Positions 37,774 to 45,833 of a DNA stretch of 64,000 bases are shown piece after piece. The notes below the pieces were generated by a model. The model worked only from the letters and a program-made list of their open reading frames with translations, searched no databases and had not been told where the DNA came from. This DNA is from Prevotella sp. GTDB taxonomy: Bacteria > Bacteroidota > Bacteroidia > Bacteroidales > Dysgonomonadaceae. The position numbers and the translations under genes are program-made. The stretch spans positions 192,001 through 256,000 of the forward strand of contig JAITVV010000095.1 in the NCBI GenBank assembly GCA_031285625.1, in the 5' to 3' direction. The number at the start of each line of letters is the position of its first letter. Position 1 is the first letter of the stretch.

Positions 37774-40773
37774 TTATTTTAAAGCTGACATGCGTTCGTT
37801 AATCATTGATGTTATATCGGCTTCGCCTCCTTTATAGTTTGCCTGCAAGCTTTCGAGATACTGGCGTGCAGAGAACTTATCACCTTTGGCTGCATATGTG
37901 TCAGATAGTACAATTACTGCACGTGCCATCCAGTACTGATGCGGTGTACCTTCTTTCATAAAGCTAAGCACTTGTTTTTCGGCTTTGTCATATGATTTCC
38001 ACTTGTAATACATATCAGCAAGTAAGAACTGAGATTCTGCACCGAATGCACTACGTGTATCTTTTGCCACTACCTGCAGGTCTGCGGCTGCTTCATCCAC
38101 TTTTTTCAGGTTCATATACGACTGTCCTCTATAGAAGCGGGCTTCATTAGCTACAGCAGCAGGAACTTTAGCTCCCTGTAATATTTTAGTTGCAGCGGAT
38201 ACTACATCGTTATCTTTCTTCATCAGGTAAGCACAACGCAACATTCCCAATTGAGCAATGTCTTTGTTCTCGCTGTTAGATGCCACATCGTTGAGCTGCT
38301 CGTAAGCTGTATATGCTGCCTGATAGTTCTTATTGTCAAACTCGATACCCGAAGCAAATACAAGAGCATTGTCCAGATATTTCGGATTGTTAGAGCTTAT
38401 CACTTCTTTGAAGTTTTTCAAAGCCGTATTGAAATCTTTTGCTTCGAATGCCATACTTCCCAGATAGAAATTAGCATCGCTGGCAAATACGCCATGAGGG
38501 TAAGATTGCAGATATTTGTTGAAAGCAGTCTTAGATTCTTCTTTACGTCCTTTCATATATACATTTTCGGCAGCCAGATATGTAAGTGAATCCTGACGGC
38601 TAGAGGAAAGTATAGTTCCACGACCCAGTGAATTTACATATGATGCATACGAACCTATATCATTCATATCCTTATATACACCCTCCATACTCTGGATAGC
38701 TGTACGTGCCTCTTCCGAGTTGGGATAGTTTGCTACTACCTGCTTGTAAGCTTCGATAGATTTGCGAGGATTGTTTGTATTGAAATATAACTGTCCCAGT
38801 TGCACCCCTGCTTTTTGAGAAAGAGTGGATTTAGGATGGTCTCTCATTAGTTCCTCCAAAACAGTAATTGCTTCTTGCTCCTTGTTCAGCATTACCAATG
38901 CACGGCTCTTTTCATAGAGAGCATCGTCGTAATATTCTGAGTTAGGATACTTAGACATCATCGTGTTCAATGCATTCACTTTTCCGTTATAGTTGCGCTG
39001 AAGACCAAGTACAAAGGCTTTCTGGAATTCCGAATAATCGGCGCTTCCCGGATTAGCCGATACTGCCTGTGCATAGTATCTTTCTGCTTCGGAGAAGCTA
39101 CGGTTAAACAGGTAAATATCACCGATACGGTTTAGAGCATCGGTATAATTTGGAGACTGACGGTCTTTTTCGGCAGAAACATATTTCTTAAAATTATTCA
39201 ATGCATTGCTGTATTCCTTAGTCTGGAAGTTAGCATATGCCAGATTGTATAATGCCAGTGCATAGTTCTTTTGGGAAGAAGATGCCTGCGACACATATGT
39301 GGAATAATCGCGGGCTGCTGTGCGATAGTCGGCACTGCGGTATGCGATATCGCCACGCCAGAAATACGACTCGTTGCGAACCTCCGGATTGTAGCTACCC
39401 ATATTGATAGTCGCATTGAAATCATTTGCTGCCAGATCGTATTTTTTATCAATGAAGTTTTGTACTCCCGACTGGAACAAGATCACCTGTTTGGCTTCCA
39501 GTATCTGACGATCGGGGTTCTTTATACTATTTATAGCTGCCAGAGCAGTATTGTAATTCTTAGTAGAGAGCAATGTAGAAGCTAAAGCCCCGCTTACGTC
39601 TGCGGTATATTTTGAGTTAGGATATTGAGATAGGAAATGCTGCGAAGCCGTGATAGCCTCACCAAATGCAGAACCTCCATCCCTGTTGCGTATCATCACA
39701 TAGTTATATAATGCTTCTTCGCTGATAGAACGGTCGAAATCGGAACGTGCAGCAGCGTCGAATGCCATCACCGCATTTTGTGTATCGTTCAGCTTCAAGT
39801 AGGATTGCCCCAGTAGCATCTGTCCTGCCTGTCCCAGTTTATCAGTAGTGGATGCAACATTTTTCAGCGCATCTACAGCCTTGCCATATGATCCTGTCTG
39901 ATAGTACGCTTCAGCCAGTTGGTACATATCGTCGCGGAAAGGAGTTGCTGTGGTATTCTCGTAATATCTCTCATAATTGCTGATAGCACTGGATATATTA
40001 CCCTGACGGTAATAAGTGCTACCCAACAGGCGATATACCTCGCTTGTATTTTTACTGTTGGGATATGATGATATAAAGCTTTGTCCTTCCGAGATTGTAT
40101 TATTCAGGTCACCTTTGAGGAAGGTACTTTGTATAAGGAAGAAAGTCGCATTCTCCTTATACTCCGGTCTGCTCTTCAAACGGTTGAAAGTAGAGATTGC
40201 CTGATCATATTCTCCATCCTGAAAGTTAGCATAAGCCAGGTAATAAGAAGCTGGATCTGAGTATTTTTTACTATTGCGGCTCAGCAGGCCGAAAAGGTTT
40301 TTAGCCTCAGCACGGTTTCCACCCTGTAGGCTGGCATAAGCCATACGATAACTATAATCTTCTTGTTCGTTTACATTCAGGTAATCTACATCCGACTGGG
40401 AGAACCAATGCAAAGCCTTATTCCATTCTTTGGCATTGAAGTGTGTGGTTCCTATAAAGAAAGCAATCTGATTGCGGTGATAACTTTCGGGATAGTCGTC
40501 CAAAAACTCTTTGAGGATGGTGCCATCACCGGCTTTTCCCTGATAAAACAAGGAGCTGACAATCATATACTCAGCTTCTTCTATGAGCTTATTGTCTTTC
40601 GACTGGTTCTTAAACTCTTGTAGTGTATTTATACAACCTACATAATTATTGTCCAGAAACATTTCCTTTCCTTGCGAAAAAAGCCTGCCGGGCAACTCCG
40701 TATAAGCGGATTTTTGCGCGTAGGCTAATTGCAATCCTGAGGCAAGCGCCAGAGCTAAGAATAGTTTTTTCAT
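37774..40773 (-). CDS. Large periplasmic tetratricopeptide-repeat protein
   Basis: Signal peptide; many TPR units with YP.S motifs. Confidence 0.92.
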   Translation of the reverse strand: MKKLFLALALASGLQLAYAQKSAYTELPGRLFSQGKEMFLDNNYVGCINTLQEFKNQSKDNKLIEEAEYMIVSSLFYQGKAGDGTILKEFLDDYPESYHRNQIAFFIGTTHFNAKEWNKALHWFSQSDVDYLNVNEQEDYSYRMAYASLQGGNRAEAKNLFGLLSRNSKKYSDPASYYLAYANFQDGEYDQAISTFNRLKSRPEYKENATFFLIQSTFLKGDLNNTISEGQSFISSYPNSKNTSEVYRLLGSTYYRQGNISSAISNYERYYENTTATPFRDDMYQLAEAYYQTGSYGKAVDALKNVASTTDKLGQAGQMLLGQSYLKLNDTQNAVMAFDAAARSDFDRSISEEALYNYVMIRNRDGGSAFGEAITASQHFLSQYPNSKYTADVSGALASTLLSTKNYNTALAAINSIKNPDRQILEAKQVILFQSGVQNFIDKKYDLAANDFNATINMGSYNPEVRNESYFWRGDIAYRSADYRTAARDYSTYVSQASSSQKNYALALYNLAYANFQTKEYSNALNNFKKYVSAEKDRQSPNYTDALNRIGDIYLFNRSFSEAERYYAQAVSANPGSADYSEFQKAFVLGLQRNYNGKVNALNTMMSKYPNSEYYDDALYEKSRALVMLNKEQEAITVLEELMRDHPKSTLSQKAGVQLGQLYFNTNNPRKSIEAYKQVVANYPNSEEARTAIQSMEGVYKDMNDIGSYASYVNSLGRGTILSSSRQDSLTYLAAENVYMKGRKEESKTAFNKYLQSYPHGVFASDANFYLGSMAFEAKDFNTALKNFKEVISSNNPKYLDNALVFASGIEFDNKNYQAAYTAYEQLNDVASNSENKDIAQLGMLRCAYLMKKDNDVVSAATKILQGAKVPAAVANEARFYRGQSYMNLKKVDEAAADLQVVAKDTRSAFGAESQFLLADMYYKWKSYDKAEKQVLSFMKEGTPHQYWMARAVIVLSDTYAAKGDKFSARQYLESLQANYKGGEADITSMINERMSALK

Positions 40774-40818
40774 ATATAAATAATTTTGTTTCAGTACATT
40801 TGTAACCTTAGTTATGAC

Positions 40819-41352
40819 TTATAATAAGCTTACAAGATTCATTTCCTTTACTTCTTTTATAACTTCCTTTACTGATAGCAAACCGAACAAATCGGGGTTC
40901 AGTTCATTTATTTTTATGAATTGCAGCTTAGCGACATCGTCCTCAGCCTGCAAGTTTTGGGTATTTTCTACTTTACATAAATAAACCAAATCAAGTGTAT
41001 GTACTTCAAAGCCTGAATACACATAGCGGTTCGGTATCGAAAACAGATATCTTACATCCAGAACATCGAGATGTGTCTCTTCTTTTACTTCCCTTATAAC
41101 TGCTTCTTCGCCCGTTTCGTCCAGATCGACAAAACCTCCCGGAAGATCGAGTGTCCCTTTCGAAGGTTCATGGGCACGCGTAGCCACAAGTAACTCTTTA
41201 TCCTCGTTGATGATAAGTGCGATGGTAGAAGAGCTGGAATTGAAATAGTAAACAAAACCGCAATTTTCACATTTTTTCGACTTGAAATTATTCTCTACAA
41301 AACGCTCCGATCCGCACTTCGGACAAAATTTGAACTGGGCTAAAGGATGCAT
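40819..41352 (-). CDS. NUDIX hydrolase with N-terminal zinc ribbon (NudC-like)
   Basis: CPKCG..CENCG; Nudix box GGFVDLDETGEEAVIREVKEET. Confidence 0.92.
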   Translation of the reverse strand: MHPLAQFKFCPKCGSERFVENNFKSKKCENCGFVYYFNSSSSTIALIINEDKELLVATRAHEPSKGTLDLPGGFVDLDETGEEAVIREVKEETHLDVLDVRYLFSIPNRYVYSGFEVHTLDLVYLCKVENTQNLQAEDDVAKLQFIKINELNPDLFGLLSVKEVIKEVKEMNLVSLL

Positions 41353-41359
41353 ATTTTTT

Positions 41360-41420
41360 TAAGTTATGAATTATGAGTTATAAGTTTTAAGAATAACGAC
41401 TTACTTTCTACTTATCACTC
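41360..41420. repeat. Degenerate heptamer repeats, same class as 17924-18031
   Basis: TAAGTTA TGAATTA TGAGTTA TAAGTTT TAAGAAT ... ACTTATCACTC. Confidence 0.55.
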
Positions 41421-41992
41421 TTTACTTTATTATATTCTTCAGCTACAAGACTTAGCTCCTTATACCAGTCTTCACCAAAACGGCGAACTAATGGTTCTTT
41501 CAGAAACTGATATATCTTCAATCCTTCTTTATTACCCAACAATACGGCAGCCTTGCACACTCTCCAGCGATGATAATTCACAGCTGTAAAGTCTCTGTAC
41601 TTTTGCAATCGTATGGGATATAAGTGGCAAGATATAGGTTTGTAAAAATCTACTCTGCCTTCGCGGTAAGCCTTCTCGATGGCACATTTACAGATGCCTT
41701 TATCATCATAATAGGTAAACACACAGTCTTTACCATTGACGATAGAGGTTACCATATCTCCATCGGTATCTTTATAGGCTACACCTTGTTCTTTGATTAC
41801 TGTCTGGGCAGCGGGGGAAAGATCGTCCCAAACCTGTGGTAACAGGTCTTCTATTATTTTGACTTCCTCATCTTCAAGGGGTGCTCCCGAATCTCCTTCT
41901 ACGCAGCATTCTCCCTTACATACAGACAGATCGCACAAAAAGTTCTCTTCTATTATATCAGATGCGACTACTGTATCATTTATCTGAAACAT
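41408..41992 (-). CDS. DUF3109 family protein
   Basis: CDLSVCKGECCVEGDSGAPL, CVF, CAIEKA, KPISCHLYPIR. Confidence 0.9.
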   Translation of the reverse strand: MFQINDTVVASDIIEENFLCDLSVCKGECCVEGDSGAPLEDEEVKIIEDLLPQVWDDLSPAAQTVIKEQGVAYKDTDGDMVTSIVNGKDCVFTYYDDKGICKCAIEKAYREGRVDFYKPISCHLYPIRLQKYRDFTAVNYHRWRVCKAAVLLGNKEGLKIYQFLKEPLVRRFGEDWYKELSLVAEEYNKVKSDK

Positions 41993-42134
41993 CTATATTA
42001 TCTGCAGTTTAATTATAATTACCTAACCAAGGTTCAAAGGTAATTGTTTTTATAACAGCTTACAATCTGTAAAACTTCTATTTGTCAAAAAAACAAGCTT
42101 TCTTTAACACTATTTGATTAAATAAATGAATCTA

Positions 42135-42166
42135 TTTGTCTGATGTCAGAAATTCTCTTATTTTTG
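42135..42166 (+). promoter_or_regulatory. Bacteroidetes primary-sigma promoter of tRNA-Arg
   Basis: TTTG (42135), 20-nt spacer, TATTTTTG (42159). Confidence 0.75.
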
Positions 42167-42198
42167 CACTGATTTTATTGGAAGCCTCAATAAAATAT

Positions 42199-42270
42199 GG
42201 CGCGATAGTTCAATGGATAGAATAGAAGTTTCCTAAACTTTAGATCCGGGTTCGATTCCCGGTCGTGCTA
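42199..42270 (+). tRNA. tRNA-Arg(CCT)
   Basis: Acceptor stem GGCGCGA/TCGTGCT; anticodon arm GAAGT-TTCCTAA-ACTTT; T arm CCGGG-TTCGATT-CCCGG; CCA not encoded. Confidence 0.95.
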
Positions 42271-42272
42271 CG

Positions 42273-42298
42273 AAAGACCTGCTGATAGTGGGTCTTTG
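42273..42298. terminator. Terminator after the tRNA, possibly bidirectional
   Basis: AAAGACCTGCT-GAT-AGTGGGTCTTT. Confidence 0.7.
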
Positions 42299-42351
42299 TT
42301 ATTTTTGTAGAAAATGTTTACCTTAATCATTACAATATCAAAAAAGGCCTC

Positions 42352-42852
42352 TTACTCAGAGGCCTTTTTTCTTGATTTATCTTGGCGGATTTTCTTTGTT
42401 TTTTTCGTACCTGTTCTCTCTTCATCAAAACTAGCTATCTTTTTTCTCAAAAGATCACTAACATCAATAGCGGGAAAATCATATTTACCATAAAAGTGAT
42501 AAGAGGTTACATTTGCTATATAACTCCTTAAATTCGTAATACAAATACTCACTCCTGAATTTAATATAAATTCTTTTTTTTCATCTGTTTCCAATTCTTT
42601 TGAAAAACTAAATATCGCAGTAGCTTCAATATCAATAACATATCCTGGTTTTTTTTCTAAATTCTGAACCAAAGAAATTGTAATAAGATGACTTGTGTAT
42701 TCAGAATTATGATACACATCAAAATCTATATTAATAGGATACTCATTTTGAATTTCTCTTAATGATCTATCTTCGTTAACAGTTGAATGTTCAATATAAG
42801 AACTTCTTATAGAAAAATCATCCAAAACTAATACTGAATTTAGTGCTTCCAT
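42352..42852 (-). CDS. SecB-like chaperone (TAC component)
   Basis: Beta-strands (INIDFDV, YVIDIEATAIFSF), then helix NLRSYIANVTS...YDFPAID matching the SecB-type R..I...T......LP.I pattern; 1-nt overlap (TAATG) with the antitoxin. Confidence 0.75.
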   Translation of the reverse strand: MEALNSVLVLDDFSIRSSYIEHSTVNEDRSLREIQNEYPINIDFDVYHNSEYTSHLITISLVQNLEKKPGYVIDIEATAIFSFSKELETDEKKEFILNSGVSICITNLRSYIANVTSYHFYGKYDFPAIDVSDLLRKKIASFDEERTGTKKTKKIRQDKSRKKASE

Positions 42853-43268
42853 TATGCTACTACCTTTCCATTATTTAATTTCTCTTTTACACAATAGGCT
42901 TCTTCACTATTCTTTGATCGATGATCGCGAATAAATGCAAGTTTACCTGTTGGTTCTAACATCGAATGCACCTTAGAGATAATATTATCGACCTCTTCTT
43001 TTGTATAGGCTTTCTTCTCAATTCTATTGAAAATAAATTCCGGATAATATCCTACAGCAAGGGATATATCTACTAACTTAGATATTTTATGATCATAATC
43101 ACCATTTAGAACCTGAGTAATATAACCTTTTGACACTCCTAATTTTTCGGCAAGCTGAGTTCTAGTCATATTATTCTCCTCCATATATTTTTCAACTTTG
43201 TTGTATAATTTTAGTTGTATCATTGTTGTCCAATATTCTGGTGATAACAAAAGTTCTTCGCGTGTCAT
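42852..43268 (-). CDS. HigA-like XRE HTH antitoxin with C-terminal extension
   Basis: MTRTQLAEKLGVSKGYITQVLNGD HTH; about 58 extra residues after the domain. Confidence 0.85.
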   Translation of the reverse strand: MTREELLLSPEYWTTMIQLKLYNKVEKYMEENNMTRTQLAEKLGVSKGYITQVLNGDYDHKISKLVDISLAVGYYPEFIFNRIEKKAYTKEEVDNIISKVHSMLEPTGKLAFIRDHRSKNSEEAYCVKEKLNNGKVVA

Positions 43269-43283
43269 ATTATTATGTATTAA

Positions 43284-43688
43284 TTATTTTGTACTTAATG
43301 CTTTAATATAGTCTTTAAAATCTTGAGACTTCGTTATTAGTTTTATTTTGGATATATCTTCTTTCTGAGTTGTTTTGTACCCACCAAGTATAACAATTAC
43401 ATCAGGTTCTTGTTTATAAACATATACTCGAAGTTTTTTAGTTTTGAACTCATATAATCTATCTACTCCTTTTATTAATTTGAATTTTTTAGTGGGAAGC
43501 TTTTCATTTTCGATAGAAAGAAAATCCATATACGTATATATGTTTTTAATTTCCTTCCCTTCAGCAGAATTTTTATCTAAATCATTGCAAAATTCATCAA
43601 ATTGGCACCTATTATTCTGAAATAGTTTATAGTAAGTAAGTCTACCAGATTTTATTGATTTTAGTATTTCCGCTGTAAATGTAGTCAT
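43284..43688 (-). CDS. HigB/RelE (Gp49-like) toxin
   Basis: KFK.IKG...LYEFK...LRVY....VIVILGGYK..QK.DI; first gene of the operon. Start at ATG 43688 preferred. Confidence 0.75.
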   Translation of the reverse strand: MTTFTAEILKSIKSGRLTYYKLFQNNRCQFDEFCNDLDKNSAEGKEIKNIYTYMDFLSIENEKLPTKKFKLIKGVDRLYEFKTKKLRVYVYKQEPDVIVILGGYKTTQKEDISKIKLITKSQDFKDYIKALSTK

Positions 43689-43698
43689 ATTTTTCAAT

Positions 43699-43754
43699 GT
43701 TTAGCTACAACTAAACTTTTTTTTATTCTTTTTTTAGTGGAATCATCAAATTTA
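43699..43754 (-). promoter_or_regulatory. TAC promoter and candidate operator
   Basis: TAAATTTG on the minus strand (43747-43754); palindrome GTTTAG-N6-CTAAAC at 43699-43716. Confidence 0.45.
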
Positions 43755-43871
43755 GCAAAATATTAATTAAAAGAACAACTATTACAATTAAAACGGTTCT
43801 ACTATAAGATAATTTTCTAAAATTAAAATAATCAAAAAACTCCCACTTATATATGCTGAACCTAAGTAAAT

Positions 43872-45041
43872 CTACCTCAGCTTCTTTTTCTCAAATATTA
43901 CCCTCGAACAAGTCCAATAGATTACGATACTTATGCCACATAATCCTGCGGCAACCAGATAAAGCCCTTCGAAAGAGAAATATCCTGTTATATAGCCACC
44001 GACCAGCATACCCAGAGCCAGCCCCAGGTCGAAACCGATAAGATAGGTTGAGTTGGCTGTTCCGCGCTGGCTGTTCTCTGCCAGATTGATATATAATGTT
44101 TGTAAAGCGGGGAACATCATACCGAAGCCAATACCGATAAAAAGCCCTGAGATACAGAATGCATAGATATTATGTATAAGGGCAAATGACAGGAAAGCCA
44201 GGGCGACAATAGCCATAGCCGATACATTTACCTCATGTATCTTACCTCTGTCTACCAGCTTACCTGCAAATACACGTGAAGCAATAATACCACCCGCCCA
44301 GAACAGGAAGAAAATTCCTGCATTGGGAATACTCAATCCTTTTCCATACTGGGCAACAAAAGGCCCTATAGTACCCCATGCAAAGCAAGGCAAAAGCTGA
44401 TTGAGGAATATAGGCCAGCCTTTGAGCAGAAAGAAACGGTCGAGCGAAAGTTTCTGACTTTCTACTTTCGGCCTTACGGGAGCTTTGATAAGTGCAACAG
44501 TAATAATACCCAGCACACCCATTGTAATGGCACACCAGAGAAGCACATCGAAACTGTAGTTATTATAGATATGAATAGCAATAAAAGGCCCTATGGCCAT
44601 TGCCACATTCATAAATGTGCCATAATAACCGATACCTTCTGCACGGCGTTCCGACGGAACAACGTCGATAGCCAGCGTACTGGATGATACTGTAGACAAT
44701 CCCCAAGTGATGCCATGTACAAAACGGACAAGGACAAATAAAAGTACTGTGGTTGCCCAGAAGTATCCGAAAAAGATAAGCACATAGCATGAAAATGCCA
44801 GAAACAATATTCTCTTTCGCGGATATAGGTCTACAATAAAACCGGAAAACGGACGAACAAACATCAGGGCAATGGCATACGATGCCAGTACGATCCCCGT
44901 CTGAGACTGGGGAACGCCCATCTGCTCTGTTATATACAATGGAATGGATGGCATCAACAAGTTGAATGAACAAGCCATCAGGAAGTTTGCCAGGCAAACA
45001 TTGAGGTAGCTAAGCGACCAAAGCTTCGGTTTTTGTGACAT
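43872..45041 (-). CDS. MFS transporter
   Basis: About 12 TM segments; RPFSG..VD.Y.RK, R..HG, P.ERRAEG.G. Start at ATG 45041 preferred. Confidence 0.93.
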   Translation of the reverse strand: MSQKPKLWSLSYLNVCLANFLMACSFNLLMPSIPLYITEQMGVPQSQTGIVLASYAIALMFVRPFSGFIVDLYPRKRILFLAFSCYVLIFFGYFWATTVLLFVLVRFVHGITWGLSTVSSSTLAIDVVPSERRAEGIGYYGTFMNVAMAIGPFIAIHIYNNYSFDVLLWCAITMGVLGIITVALIKAPVRPKVESQKLSLDRFFLLKGWPIFLNQLLPCFAWGTIGPFVAQYGKGLSIPNAGIFFLFWAGGIIASRVFAGKLVDRGKIHEVNVSAMAIVALAFLSFALIHNIYAFCISGLFIGIGFGMMFPALQTLYINLAENSQRGTANSTYLIGFDLGLALGMLVGGYITGYFSFEGLYLVAAGLCGISIVIYWTCSRVIFEKKKLR

Positions 45042-45110
45042 ATCAATATTATCAAAAAAATAAAATGCTTCCGTAAACAGAAGCATTTTATCAATTATCT
45101 AAATGACTTA

Positions 45111-45632
45111 TTATCTGATTCCCAGTTTCTGTTTTACAAAAGGTGTTGCGTCTGTAGCATCGGGTGTAACAAAGGCTATTCCCGGATTTGCCAAATCATA
45201 TATGCACACAAAACCTCTTTCTACTCCTACTTTATAGATCGCATCCTTCACTTTCTGTTTCATCGGATCTATCAGTTCTTTTTCCTGATTGCTGACATCC
45301 TCCTGCGCTACTTTCATAAAATCATTGATCTGGCGTTCCAGTTCATACAATTCCTGCATACGGCGAAGCCTTATATTTTCGGCCATCGATGTCTGATAGG
45401 AAATAAAGTCGGAATATTTTTTATTATAATCATTCTGCATCACAGTCAGTTCTTCTTTGTATTTATTGTTCAGGTCGATCAACTTATTAGACGCACGCAC
45501 TTTTTCAGGCATGGCTTCCAATATCTCATTGGAGTTGATATAAGCTATCTGCTGAACAGTTGTTTGTGCAGTTATATTTTCTACAAAAAAGAGTGAGATT
45601 GCGAGGACAGCTATAAGATAAAACTTTTTCAT
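45111..45632 (-). CDS. OmpH/Skp periplasmic chaperone
   Basis: Signal peptide, IAYINS.EIL..MPE, coiled coil, IYD...DAT..V..KLG. Start at ATG 45632 preferred. Confidence 0.9.
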   Translation of the reverse strand: MKKFYLIAVLAISLFFVENITAQTTVQQIAYINSNEILEAMPEKVRASNKLIDLNNKYKEELTVMQNDYNKKYSDFISYQTSMAENIRLRRMQELYELERQINDFMKVAQEDVSNQEKELIDPMKQKVKDAIYKVGVERGFVCIYDLANPGIAFVTPDATDATPFVKQKLGIR

Positions 45633-45684
45633 CTTGATAAATTGTTGTTTGTGGTGCGACAACTATCCGAATCTGACGAAGAAA

Positions 45685-45796
45685 ATTTAACCCTTCACCT
45701 GTTGATAGTTGTGTGTTTCGGTGGCATGGTTAGTACCACCGACTTTCAAGGCAAGATTGCTTGGCTACAACTATCAATTGGTTTCTTAGGTTAAAT
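45685..45796 (-). ncRNA. Structured RNA, probably 6S (6S-Flavo-like)
   Basis: Nested stems 45685-92/45789-96, 45702-12/45767-77 and 45718-26/45734-42; asymmetric bubble containing CUUGCCUUGAA; promoter TATCTTTG at 45811-45818. Confidence 0.6.
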
Positions 45797-45833
45797 CTTT
45801 ATATTGAATGCAAAGATACACAATAATTTAATA

